Below, one piece after another: positions 40,946 to 51,212 of a DNA stretch of 64,000 nucleotides. The stretch is from Candidatus Eiseniibacteriota bacterium (GTDB lineage: Bacteria > Eisenbacteria > RBG-16-71-46 > CAVPCR01), in contig CAWGMA010000003.1 of the NCBI GenBank assembly GCA_963823555.1, positions 640,001-704,000 on the forward strand, written 5' to 3'. Positions within the stretch are counted from its first letter, which is position 1. Each line of letters starts with the position of its first letter. Made by a program: the position numbers and the translations under genes. The notes under the pieces are model-generated. The model saw only the letters and a list, made by a program, of their open reading frames with translations, ran no database searches and had not been told where the DNA came from.

Positions 40946-42577
40946 ATGCTATTGAAAGTCCTGGTCATATGTGTCCTTGTGGCAGCGCTTGCTCTGACCG
41001 CACCGCTGGCCGGCGCGCAGGAGCTCCAGAATGTGATCCTGATGATCGCTGACGGCTGGGGATACAATCAGATTGCCGCGACGAAGTACTGGTATGGGTC
41101 GGCGCAGGCTTACGAGGCCTTCCCGGTGCGCCTGGGCATGAGCACGTACTCATGGAATACGTTACAGGTGGATCCGGAAGGATATGACCCATCTCTCGCA
41201 TGGTCCGACTGGGAGTACATGCTGTTGCGGGCTACAGACTCGGCCGCGGCCGCCAGCGCGATGTCAACCGGCGTGAAGTGTCGGAACGCACAGATCAACA
41301 CGCATCCAGATGATGGACAGCCCTTGTTCATGTTTCGGCAGCTGGCGGAGCAGCTTGGCAAGTCGACCGGGGTGGTCACCAGCGTGCAGTGGAGTCACGC
41401 GACACCAGCGGCTTTTGGCGCCCACAACCCATCTCGTGACAACTATGTTGCGATTGCGCAGGAGATGGTCAGCTCGAGTGGCCTCGAGGTCATCATGGGG
41501 GCGGGCAACCCTTTCTACGATGACAACGGCGTCTACACGACTCCATCGGGAGAGAGCAGCTATCGCTACGTTGGCGGCTCGGCTCTCTGGGACGATCTTG
41601 TCGGCGGCGCAACTCCATATACCCTGGTCCAGACTCGCGCGGAGTTCCAGGCGCTGATGACCGGTCCAGCTCCGGCCCGCGTGTGCGGGACGGCACAGGT
41701 TCGTGAGACTCTTCAGCAGTCACGCACCCCGACTGAAGTGGCCAATTCCATGACCCCACCATATACTGTGCCGCAAATCGAGACGGTGCCCACGCTGGCG
41801 GAGATGAGCCGTGGTACGCTCAATGTGCTCGACGACAATCCGTTGGGATTCTTTCTGATGATTGAAGGCGGCGCAGTGGATTGGGCCTGTCACGACAATC
41901 AGGGAGGGCGACTCATCGAGGAGATGACGGATTTTACTCAGGCGGTCGAGGCTGTCATCGCCTGGGTGGAAACGAATAGCAGCTGGAATGAGACGATGGT
42001 GATCGTGACTGGCGATCATGAATGCGGATATCTTTGGGCCCCGGGTTCGGGCCTGCCCGCACAGTTCAACCCGATTGTCGATCATGGCGCCGGTCAGATG
42101 CCGGGGATGCGTTACTTCAGCGGGGACCACGCCAACAGTCTGATTCCATTCTTCGCAAAGGGCAGTGGGAGCGGGTGGTTTTCTGGATTCGCCGACCAGG
42201 TGGATCCGGTGCGCGGTTCCTATGTGGACAATGCCGAGATAGCTGACGTTGTATTCGGTCTCTTGGACCATACTCTGGCGGTGACCGAGCCGGTCGTCTC
42301 TGGCGCTGACGGCAGGGCGTATGCTCTATATCAGAATCACCCCAATCCATTCAATCCCGCTACCAGGGTCATTTACAGCATGAAGGAGACCGGGCGCGTG
42401 AGTCTACGGGTATTCAGTCCTGGTGGACGGCAGGTCGCAACGCTCGTGAACGGCATGGCAGGCCGTGGAGTCCACGCGGCTGATTTCGATGGGAGGAATC
42501 TGCCGTCAGGCCTGTACATCTGTCAGATGGAAGTAGGCGACTTCAAGGCGCAGCAGAAGATGCTATTGATGAAATAG
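40946..42577 (+). CDS. Alkaline phosphatase (PhoA-type) with T9SS/FlgD-like C-terminal domain
   Basis: ILMIADG, TDSAAAA (catalytic Ser), HATPA, EGGAVDWACH, TGDHE. QNHPNPFNP tail. Confidence 0.92.
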   Translation: MLLKVLVICVLVAALALTAPLAGAQELQNVILMIADGWGYNQIAATKYWYGSAQAYEAFPVRLGMSTYSWNTLQVDPEGYDPSLAWSDWEYMLLRATDSAAAASAMSTGVKCRNAQINTHPDDGQPLFMFRQLAEQLGKSTGVVTSVQWSHATPAAFGAHNPSRDNYVAIAQEMVSSSGLEVIMGAGNPFYDDNGVYTTPSGESSYRYVGGSALWDDLVGGATPYTLVQTRAEFQALMTGPAPARVCGTAQVRETLQQSRTPTEVANSMTPPYTVPQIETVPTLAEMSRGTLNVLDDNPLGFFLMIEGGAVDWACHDNQGGRLIEEMTDFTQAVEAVIAWVETNSSWNETMVIVTGDHECGYLWAPGSGLPAQFNPIVDHGAGQMPGMRYFSGDHANSLIPFFAKGSGSGWFSGFADQVDPVRGSYVDNAEIADVVFGLLDHTLAVTEPVVSGADGRAYALYQNHPNPFNPATRVIYSMKETGRVSLRVFSPGGRQVATLVNGMAGRGVHAADFDGRNLPSGLYICQMEVGDFKAQQKMLLMK

Positions 42578-42702
42578 CTGCTGTGTCCCCGACCGTGGCC
42601 GCCGGATGGCTGGACCCGGCGCGCAGCGCCGACCACAGGGTTGCCCCCCATGGTCGGCGCCCTGGCCTCGAAGTCGCTGTCAGCGAACTCCGTTCTGTTC
42701 CT

Positions 42703-45700
42703 CTACTTCGTCATCACCAGCTTGCGGTGCTCGCTGAGACCATCCGCCTTGAGCTGCGCATAGTAGACCGCCGATGGCAGCCGCCGCCCACCCTCATCGC
42801 GGCCATCCCATGCCGCCGCGTGCCAGCCCGCCTCCTGCCACACATCATCGAGGAGCAGGCGCACCAGGCGGCCCTGGGTGTCGTGTACGGCGAGTCGCAC
42901 GTGCCCCGCCCGCGGTAGCGTGTAGCTGAACGTCGTGGCTGGGTTGAACGGGTTGGGCTGGACCTGAAGAGCAAGCCCGGCTCCAGGCGCTCCGGTTCCC
43001 GGAGCGGGGCTCTGCTCCTCCACCCCCGTGCCGCCGCCCGCCAGGCGCAGGTCCATCTCCTGGAGCCCATTGTCAGGCAGCGTCAGCCATGGCGAGCGAG
43101 GGCAGAAGGGATCGCCCGTGAGGAACCGCAGGCGCCAGTGATAGCGCTCGCCGGAAATCAGCCCGGATGCCGTTTCCGTGAGCAGAACGAAGCTGCCTCC
43201 GGTGCTCAGGGGCGTACCAGTATCCGCCCAGTTGCCAAGCACCGTTCCGGCGCCATCGAAGGGCGTGCCGTAGAGCTCGATCTCGTACTCCATCCGCACC
43301 TGTCCGCGTCCCATCGGGGTGCGCCCGCGTGCGCCCAGGGCGAAGCCGCTCTCGGTGTTGGACATTCCGAGGGCGGCGATCGGTGACGACAGGTCGCTGT
43401 GCCACTGAACGGGGGTGCGAGGCAGTCCACGGCTTTCGTTGCCAAAGAAGAGGTAGGCGCGTCCCTCTTCGTCCAGCCCGTGGTGGTAGTAACGGGCTCC
43501 GGCCAGCACGTCGGAGAATCCATCGCCATTCGCATCGCCGCCTGCGGCAACTGCGTACCCTAGCTCTGCATTGTTCTGATCACCTTCGATGATCCAGTTG
43601 GCGACGCTGGACGTCAGCCCTGAACTGGAGCCCAGCCAAACGCCGATGGCGCCCGCCCCCGGTTCGCCGGGACTATCATGCAGCGGCGCGCCAGCCAGAA
43701 CGTCGCTGTAGCCGTCATTGTTGACGTCCCCAGCCGACGATACTGCGGCGCCAAGCCAGGCCGCCTCCTCGACCAGCGCGGAGCTCCAGTCGGCCCCGGA
43801 TGGATCATGGCTGACGGGTGGCGAGGCATCGCCATACCAGACGAACACCTTTCCGCCATAGGCAGCGGGGTTGTCGTAGCCGGGCGCTCCGATCAGCACA
43901 TCGCTGAAACCGTCACCATTGACATCGCCGGCTCCCGCCACCGCATAGCCCATCATCGCATGGTTCAGATTGCCGTCGACGTACCACCACGGCGCGCCTG
44001 TCTCGATACCGGTCGGCGTACCGATGAACAGGCTGGCGCGTCCCTCCCAGTTCTCGGGAATATCAGCCCGCGGCGCGCCGATCACCACGTCGCTCAGGCC
44101 ATCACCGTTCACGTCGCCGGCTGAAGCGATGCCGTAGCCGAACTGCGACTCCGCATAGTCGCCATCCTTGAACCAGTTGCTTGAGATGGGTGGTCCCAGG
44201 GAGGATCCGTAATAGCCGAAGACGGCGCCATCCTCGGTCTGGTCGTGCGTGTAGGTGGGCGCGCCCACCAGGACGTCGGCGTAGCCGTCACCGTTCACGT
44301 CTCCTGCTCCCGCCACGGCACGGCCGAAGTCGGCGCCCTCCTGGCCGCCGTAGGCGCTCCAGGAGGCAGTGGACGGGTTACCGTTGGGAATGCCGCCGGG
44401 TAGGCTCAGCCAGATGAAGGCCGCTCCCTCCGCGGTGAATGTGTGCGTGTAGTCGCTGGCGCCGGCGATGACATCGGTATATCCGTTGCCGTCGACATCT
44501 CCTGCCTTCGCCACAGAGATGCCCAACCTGGCGCCAGCCTGATTACTCTCGGCAAACCAGATGGGCAGCGCCGTGAGGCCGAGCCGCGATCCGAGGAAGA
44601 CGAACACGACTCCCTCGTCCGTCTGGCCGTTGTCGTAGAAGGGAGCGCCGACCGCGACATCGGAGAAACCGTCGCCGTTGACGTCCCCGATGCCTGCGAG
44701 GGACCAGCCGAAGCGCGCCTCGACCTGCTCGCTCTCGATGACCCAGCCCGGCTGCCAGCGCGGGCCGTAGGAGCCGCCGAGGTAACAGAAGGCCAGGCCC
44801 TCATCGATCTGAGGATGATCGTAGAGATCGGAGCCGACGAGCAGGTCGCTGTAGCCATCGCCGTTCACATCGCCTGCGGTCGCCACCGAGATCCCGAAAT
44901 GGGCCTCGGCCTGGTCGGATTCCTTGATCCAGATCGGGGAAGTCGACAGACCAGCCCACGATCCAAGGTGGACCCATGCGCGACCCTCCTCGGACTGGCC
45001 ATTGGTGTGCTGTGGCGCGCCGATCAAGATATCCGCGTAACCGTCGCCATTGGCGTCGCCTGCGGTCGCCACCGACATGCCGTACTGAGAACCGGCCTGT
45101 GTGCCATCGAGAACGACGGCAGGTTCGGGGAGGACACCGGTTTCCGATCCCGGATAGAGGAGCACGCGTCCCTCGGCGCCGCCGACCGTGTAGTACGGAG
45201 CACCGACCAAAACGTCGCTGTAGCCGTCCCCGTCGACGTCACCGGCGGTCGAGACGCAATGAGCAAACCAGGAATCGACGCCGTCGTCATAAGCGGACCA
45301 CATCTCGCCGCCGAGACCTCCCGGAGAGCCGTGGTAGACCTTGGCGTAGCCCGGATCGTTCGTAATCCAGATGTCCGGCTCGTTGCCGATGATGGCATCG
45401 GCATAGCCGTCGCCGTTGACGTCACCGGCGGTGGCGACGCAGTGCCCGAAATGGTCCCACTGGCGCTCGCCGTGGGCCGACCAGGCGATCGAGTGCGAGA
45501 GCCCCCCAGCCCCCCCGTGGAATACATAGGCCATGCCATCCTGGGAGAGGCTGAAGTCGTGTAGATCAGCTCCGATGATCACGTCGTCGTAGCCGTCGCC
45601 GTTGACATCGCCGGCGGTGGCCACCGAGACGCCGAAATCAGCGCCTACCTGCTCGCCTTCCTCAATCCAGTCGGCGCTTCCGATGATGCCGTCTTCCGAT

Positions 45701-46866
45701 CCGTAGTAGACATAGGCGCGGCCGCAATCCGCCAGGTCACCATCGTAGAACTTGGCACCGATGATGATGTCGTCGTAGCCGTCGCCGTTCACATCGCCGG
45801 CGGTGGCCACTGACCAACCGAAGAAGGCGTTCTGCTGATTGCTTTCATTGTGCCAGGCGGAGCTCGTTGATAATCCGGCGGATGAACCCATGTAGACGCG
45901 GGCACAGCCCTCGAAGAAGGATCCGCCATCATACCAGGGAGCTCCCACGATGACATCGCTGAAGCCGTCGCCGTCGACGTCGCCCGCGGTCGCCACGGAG
46001 TGACCGTAGAGCGAGCCGGCGAAGTTGATCTCGCCTGTCCAGCTCGGTACGCTGAGGATGGGGTCGATGGTGATTGGGTAGCGAGCGAACTCGTCATCGA
46101 TGCTGAGGCGAATCCCGGAATCGGTGAGCTCGAGCGCGCAGACGAGTTCCTCCCCCGACGCATCGTAGGCGTGCAGGTCGGCATAACGCAGCAGGCAGGG
46201 GGCGACGATGTCGTCGGCTCTTGACCGGTCGTCGTTCACCGCCTCGTAGTCGATGCCGCTCCCGTCATCGGTGAGTCGCCCCTCGAGATGGCTCACCACC
46301 ACGCCGTCGATGATGACGGGGCCGACGCCAGCGGGTCGGGTGTCGATCGTGAACCCCTGCTCCACTCCGGCCGGACCGTTCCCGTACCACTCGACCAGAC
46401 CCGCGTGACGATAGGTGACGCGGATGGCGTCAAGGCAGGGATCGACGGGAGGAAGCGGCGCCAGCGCCTGAGGGCGTCCCCAGGCTGCCGTGTGCCAGGA
46501 CCAGTTCCAGTCATCGCTTCCGGGCTCGCGTGGTTCAACCGCGATGCCGCCGGTCCGGAAGTAGGTGCGCAGGTTATGAGCGCGGTTGGGGGCCTGGAGG
46601 CCCGCATGGCTCTCGCTGGGGTGGTACTCGGCCTCCGTTAACCCTCGTATCACAAGTTCCCACCATGAGTCGTCGGCGCCAGCTGGGAGTTTCGACGAGT
46701 CAGACTTGGAGAGGGCGATGGCTGGTAGCGGATTGCCGGGTTGAACCCTGTCCGATCCCGACATGGGAAGCGAAGCCAGCAACACGAAGCCAGCGACGAT
46801 GAGTAACGTGGTGGCCGATATCCAGGCGCCGGGAGTGCAGTGTGGGAAGCTCGACTGGGGACGCAT
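42703..46866 (-). CDS. Large secreted FG-GAP (integrin-alpha-like) repeat protein with FlgD-type domain
   Basis: 14 GD[VA][ND]xDG-type repeats counted. PNPFNP...WDGRD tail. GGAGGTGG RBS. Confidence 0.93.
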   Translation of the reverse strand: MRPQSSFPHCTPGAWISATTLLIVAGFVLLASLPMSGSDRVQPGNPLPAIALSKSDSSKLPAGADDSWWELVIRGLTEAEYHPSESHAGLQAPNRAHNLRTYFRTGGIAVEPREPGSDDWNWSWHTAAWGRPQALAPLPPVDPCLDAIRVTYRHAGLVEWYGNGPAGVEQGFTIDTRPAGVGPVIIDGVVVSHLEGRLTDDGSGIDYEAVNDDRSRADDIVAPCLLRYADLHAYDASGEELVCALELTDSGIRLSIDDEFARYPITIDPILSVPSWTGEINFAGSLYGHSVATAGDVDGDGFSDVIVGAPWYDGGSFFEGCARVYMGSSAGLSTSSAWHNESNQQNAFFGWSVATAGDVNGDGYDDIIIGAKFYDGDLADCGRAYVYYGSEDGIIGSADWIEEGEQVGADFGVSVATAGDVNGDGYDDVIIGADLHDFSLSQDGMAYVFHGGAGGLSHSIAWSAHGERQWDHFGHCVATAGDVNGDGYADAIIGNEPDIWITNDPGYAKVYHGSPGGLGGEMWSAYDDGVDSWFAHCVSTAGDVDGDGYSDVLVGAPYYTVGGAEGRVLLYPGSETGVLPEPAVVLDGTQAGSQYGMSVATAGDANGDGYADILIGAPQHTNGQSEEGRAWVHLGSWAGLSTSPIWIKESDQAEAHFGISVATAGDVNGDGYSDLLVGSDLYDHPQIDEGLAFCYLGGSYGPRWQPGWVIESEQVEARFGWSLAGIGDVNGDGFSDVAVGAPFYDNGQTDEGVVFVFLGSRLGLTALPIWFAESNQAGARLGISVAKAGDVDGNGYTDVIAGASDYTHTFTAEGAAFIWLSLPGGIPNGNPSTASWSAYGGQEGADFGRAVAGAGDVNGDGYADVLVGAPTYTHDQTEDGAVFGYYGSSLGPPISSNWFKDGDYAESQFGYGIASAGDVNGDGLSDVVIGAPRADIPENWEGRASLFIGTPTGIETGAPWWYVDGNLNHAMMGYAVAGAGDVNGDGFSDVLIGAPGYDNPAAYGGKVFVWYGDASPPVSHDPSGADWSSALVEEAAWLGAAVSSAGDVNNDGYSDVLAGAPLHDSPGEPGAGAIGVWLGSSSGLTSSVANWIIEGDQNNAELGYAVAAGGDANGDGFSDVLAGARYYHHGLDEEGRAYLFFGNESRGLPRTPVQWHSDLSSPIAALGMSNTESGFALGARGRTPMGRGQVRMEYEIELYGTPFDGAGTVLGNWADTGTPLSTGGSFVLLTETASGLISGERYHWRLRFLTGDPFCPRSPWLTLPDNGLQEMDLRLAGGGTGVEEQSPAPGTGAPGAGLALQVQPNPFNPATTFSYTLPRAGHVRLAVHDTQGRLVRLLLDDVWQEAGWHAAAWDGRDEGGRRLPSAVYYAQLKADGLSEHRKLVMTK

Positions 46867-47124
46867 AGCTCCACCTCCATGATCGAAGCTCAAGCTGGCT
46901 GCGTCAGAGGGAAAGCCTGCCGACGGAGCTCAGTTCGTCCAGAAAGTAGCGAGCGCTTGGGACCGCTTCCACTTGCCGAACGGTCCTCCAGGCATGATAT
47001 CAATGAAGACACCTGTTCTCAGCTGCAAGCGACACGTGTGAATCTACAATTCTCATTGCAGATACGTCATGTGTCAGCACAACAGAGTCCTGGAAGGAGC
47101 GGCCGGCAGCGTACTCAACATGCC

Positions 47125-48039
47125 TCACCGGGCGCAGGCGAAGTCCTCGAAGAGCCGCATCAATGCCACGGCGCTCTCTGCTGAGATCTCTATCTCATAG
47201 CGTTCGCAGGCGGATGGACTTCGCACGGCCCCGTACCAGAGCTCGTCGCAATATCGTATCTGATGCTCCACTTCGTATGGGGAGCCGCGACCACCTCGGT
47301 CAGTGTTCCAAGAGCGTAGTTCACCGCACTCGTATCTCGACCGGCATCGTAGCCCGCGTTGCGGGCGGCCGCAGCGGCGAAACGCTCTGCGGATCGGCGC
47401 GGGCTCGACCACCGCCACCTCGGACCGCCCCGTTCATAGCGGTGAGAGCGCGGGCATAGGGCATGTTGGTCATGGCCTTGCCCGGCAGGCTCTCGCCGAT
47501 ATGGCACGCGAGGCGTCCGTCCAGCCACTCGATCGCGGCACAGTCCCGTCCGCGTCGGCGATCAGGAAGTGAACTGGAGGCGCCGAATCCTCGATCCGCA
47601 CCCTCGAGTCAACCCCGATGGCTTCCTCGACGTTGCCGCAGGTATCCAGCACATACTGGGCCCATGTGTGCCGATGGTGAGAGGCACTCGCTCGTCGGGC
47701 TCAGGTAACTCGGATGCCAGTAGTTCCATCGAGCCACCAGGCCGGCTTCGTTCATGCCACCAAAGGCGAACTCATGCTCCGCGAGGTTGAATATGACGCT
47801 GCCGTACTAGGAGACCCATCTTGCCGTCTCCCCAGTCGTGTTCTGCTGGAAGCCCTCTTTGGCGATTCCCGGGGGGTGATGCACAGCAGCCCGTCGCCGG
47901 GGATGAAGAGATCGAGGTTGGCCTCGAAGATCGGACCATCAGGTGTGTCCAGACAGAACGTCGTGCAGGCGTGGCAGATGCTATCCAGCGAGTAGCTCGA
48001 TGGAAGAATGCAGAATGCTGGGATGGCGAGTACGCGCAT
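47125..48039 (-). pseudogene. Degraded choloylglycine hydrolase / linear amide C-N hydrolase
   Basis: Signal-like N-terminus then A-CTTF (Ntn Cys). GMNEAGL, QYVLDTCGNVEEA and HFLIADADG lie in different frames. Confidence 0.7.
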
Positions 48040-48265
48040 GATCGCCCTCCGCTTCGCTGATCTTGCGGAGCTGCGCGGAGCTCTCACGCGCATGCTTTGA
48101 CCAGCAGAAATACATACTCGCAGAAGGATCTTGACCGGCCAGGCGACCGAGGTGACGCTTGCGCAAGGTCGTGGTATGCTCGACAGACATCCGGCGCGGC
48201 TTCGGCGCCAGGCAGGCACGGAAGCTGCCGCAACCAGACGAGCGCCCACCATGAGGAGGTCCCCG

Positions 48266-49075
48266 ATGAACCCCCGACGGATCGCATTCCTCGGAGCTCT
48301 CATTGTCGCACTAACGAGTCTCTCAGTAACGGCTTACGCGAGCGGCGTGCTCTTCGACAACGGTGTCATGGTTGCCAACCTCGATCCCGGCAACCTCGCC
48401 AATCGCGGCTGTGGCGTTGCCTTCGATGGCACCTACTACTGGGCGGGTGAGGCCGGTACCTCGAGCGGCAACACGCTCAATCAGTACGATGCCGGCGGCG
48501 CCCTTCTGAATGCCTACCAGAGCGGTGTCGATCATCGTAGCATCTTCACTGATGGCGCCAACGATCTCTATGGGATGCGGTTTGGGGCCGGCGAACTCGT
48601 ACGTTACATGGGCGGTGTCCCGTCGCCCGTTTACACCCTGAATCCGAACTCACCCGACAGCCAGTCCGAACACGGGCTACGCACTTCGAACAACTCCCTC
48701 TACGGCAATGATGCCGGCACGATCTACGTCTACGACTTCGCTACCGGAATGCGCACGTCTTCGTTCAGCCTGTCCGGATACGCGGCAACCTATCCGGCCG
48801 ACGTTCAGCTTGCGGTTGCCAACGGGGCTGCCGACTACCTCCTGACCTACGATGACGCCGGCAATGTGGCGGCCTGGGACTTCGCCGGCAACCAGGTTGG
48901 CCTGTGTGCGATCGGCCTCAACACGTTCGATCAGATCTTCTCGTTCAGCTTCGCGAACGGGCTCGTCTGGATCGAAACGGCACGGAACAGCACCTGGAAC
49001 GGGTACGACATCGGGCTCGGCATGGCGACGGCCGTTGAGCCCACCACCTGGGGGGCGATCAAGGCCCGATTCTAG
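48266..49075 (+). CDS. Secreted beta-rich protein with TWG tail
   Basis: GAGGAGG RBS, signal peptide, ends AVEPTTWGAIKARF. Confidence 0.85.
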   Translation: MNPRRIAFLGALIVALTSLSVTAYASGVLFDNGVMVANLDPGNLANRGCGVAFDGTYYWAGEAGTSSGNTLNQYDAGGALLNAYQSGVDHRSIFTDGANDLYGMRFGAGELVRYMGGVPSPVYTLNPNSPDSQSEHGLRTSNNSLYGNDAGTIYVYDFATGMRTSSFSLSGYAATYPADVQLAVANGAADYLLTYDDAGNVAAWDFAGNQVGLCAIGLNTFDQIFSFSFANGLVWIETARNSTWNGYDIGLGMATAVEPTTWGAIKARF

Positions 49076-49254
49076 GGGGCTGCGGCAGCCCGCATCCTCG
49101 ATGCGGTCGCCGGCAGCAGGTACTGAAAGTCTGTCATTGACGTGCGGCCCCGGCGGAAGGCTCCGCCGGGGCCCCGTGCTTATGAGAGACATGACAATTG
49201 TCTCCGCCAACCTTCGTGTGTATGGTCAGAGGAGTACCCCAGCAGGAGGACTCA

Positions 49255-50028
49255 ATGGATAGGAAGACCGTCATCCCGGCTCTGGTCGTCTTGCTGCTCG
49301 TTGCAGCCGTAGTCGTTTATTACCAGTTCTTCCGAGATCGAGAGCAGGCGGGAGTGACGACGACCGAGGAGTTCGCCGGCATCGAGCACGAGCCCGTGGC
49401 GGAAGGACGGAAGATCGAGTACATCGATGTCGAGCTGGACAAGAGCGACGAGCTGGTTCGTAGGCTCGCCGGAGGACTGTCGTCGCGCCCGGAGCTGGCC
49501 CGCTGGTTGCTTTCAGAGCAGCTGATCAGGAGCTTCGTCGCCGCGGCGGAGAACATCGCCGCCGGCCACAGTCCCCGCGCCCAGGTCCCGTTCTTCACGC
49601 CGAATGGGCCTTTTGCCGTCATCGAGGAGGACGGGGAGACCTTCGCCGATCCCGGGAGCTTCCGGCGCTATGACCTCTTTGCCGATGTCTTCACCTCGCT
49701 GGACACCGAGGGAACCATCACCTTGTACCGGCAGCTGACGCCGGCTATCAGCGAAGCCTACAAGGAGCTCGGTCATGCGGACGGTCGCTTCCATCCGACG
49801 CTGGAGCGGGCCATCGCAGAGCTCCTGCGAGTGCCGGTGGTGGAGGAGAGGATCTGGCTCGAGCCGCAGCTTGTCACTTACGAGCTGGTCGATCCTGGGC
49901 TGGAGGGCCTGAGCGCAGCGCAGAAGCACCTCCTTCGCATGGGGCCGGACAACGTGCGGTCGATCCAGGCCAAGCTCCGGGAGATCAGCCAGCACCCGGA
50001 CTTCCGAGCGGCCAGCGTTCGGCCGTAA
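49255..50028 (+). CDS. DUF3014-like protein
   Basis: N-terminal TM, SFRRYD, EAYKELG, LEGLSAAQKHLLRMGPDN. Confidence 0.85.
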   Translation: MDRKTVIPALVVLLLVAAVVVYYQFFRDREQAGVTTTEEFAGIEHEPVAEGRKIEYIDVELDKSDELVRRLAGGLSSRPELARWLLSEQLIRSFVAAAENIAAGHSPRAQVPFFTPNGPFAVIEEDGETFADPGSFRRYDLFADVFTSLDTEGTITLYRQLTPAISEAYKELGHADGRFHPTLERAIAELLRVPVVEERIWLEPQLVTYELVDPGLEGLSAAQKHLLRMGPDNVRSIQAKLREISQHPDFRAASVRP

Positions 50029-50091
50029 GGGCGGCGGGAACCCGATCTTCAGATCATGCGTCCTGCTGTCCCTGCGGGATGAGATCGAAAA

Positions 50092-50129
50092 CGAAGATCC
50101 CCAGCCGGCGGGCCGGCTGGGGATCCTCG
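50092..50129 (-). terminator. Intrinsic terminator
   Basis: GATCCCCAGCCGGC/GCCGGCTGGGGATC stem with a T-rich tail on the minus strand, between convergent genes. Confidence 0.75.
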
Positions 50130-50161
50130 TGTCGTTCGCTGCTGCGAATCGAGCGGGCCGA

Positions 50162-50971
50162 TTACCTGTTGTAGAGGCCCTTGATGTGCCCCCAAGTGGT
50201 CGGCTCGGTCGACGTCGCGCCGCCGCCGGTCCATGCCGCTGCCGAAAAGGTCCCGCTCCCGGTGAACGGGGAGGGAAGGGTTCCGACCTGGGAACCCGTG
50301 GCGGCATCGAAGATGTAGAAGTTGGCCTGCGTGGTGTTGGGACCGTCGGTCACGTAGTAGGCCAGGCCGGCGTTCATCGCGAGCCCGTCGATGTCGGTCT
50401 CGCCCGCCGGGTAGGGGGCGAGGAAGGTCGTCGACTGGGCCACCGTGTCGATCTCGTAGAGGCCGCGACCGGTCGATGGGGCGTCGGTCAGGCCATAGAG
50501 GTTCCCGTTGGTGGCGTCAACATCGAGACCGCCGAAATCGAACGTGCTCGGATAGACGTAGACCTGAGTGGCAATGAGCGTGACAGGATCGATCTCGTAG
50601 ACCGCCTCGGTCGCGATGTTCCGGGTGCCGAGGAGCATCCCATTGCGGAAACCCAGGGCGACGAAATTGACGGTCGCCGAGTTGAACATCATCGTCCCGA
50701 GCGTGGTCGGGGTCAGGCCACCCATGCTGAAAGGCGAGCTGTAGAGCGTTGACCCGTTGTTCCAGTAGAGGGTATTCGTGGTGCCGTCGTACGCCATGCC
50801 CCAGGGCTTGGCGTCAGACGTGCTCGCCGCGTAGAGCGATGTAGCGACACCGGTGTTGACGTCGACGTACCAGATGGTGGCGGTACCCGACTGGTCGTTG
50901 CCGACAACCAACTGGGCCTGCGCGCTGGTCGTAATGAGCGCCAAGGCCGCGGTCAGCAATATCCACTTCAT
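50162..50971 (-). CDS. Secreted beta-propeller-like protein with TWG tail
   Basis: Signal peptide ending AQA, YEID repeats, ends STEPTTWGHIKGLYNR. Confidence 0.87.
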   Translation of the reverse strand: MKWILLTAALALITTSAQAQLVVGNDQSGTATIWYVDVNTGVATSLYAASTSDAKPWGMAYDGTTNTLYWNNGSTLYSSPFSMGGLTPTTLGTMMFNSATVNFVALGFRNGMLLGTRNIATEAVYEIDPVTLIATQVYVYPSTFDFGGLDVDATNGNLYGLTDAPSTGRGLYEIDTVAQSTTFLAPYPAGETDIDGLAMNAGLAYYVTDGPNTTQANFYIFDAATGSQVGTLPSPFTGSGTFSAAAWTGGGATSTEPTTWGHIKGLYNR

Positions 50972-51212
50972 TGAGGCATTCCTCCCGTTGCTGATGTCTG
51001 GCAGAACCAAGCTGCGATCGACACGCGGTGGTGGCCGTTCCTTACCACCGGCGCCAATTCTCTACGAAACAACATCTTAGCAGAAATCCAGGTCGACGTC
51101 AATCAGCCCGCCTGAATCGTGTGGGCAATCAGGATGGTCCATGGTCGCCGGCTGCTAGAATCCTGCCCGCGGACCGCGACAACAACGCCGTTACCCTTCT
51201 AGGGAGGACATC

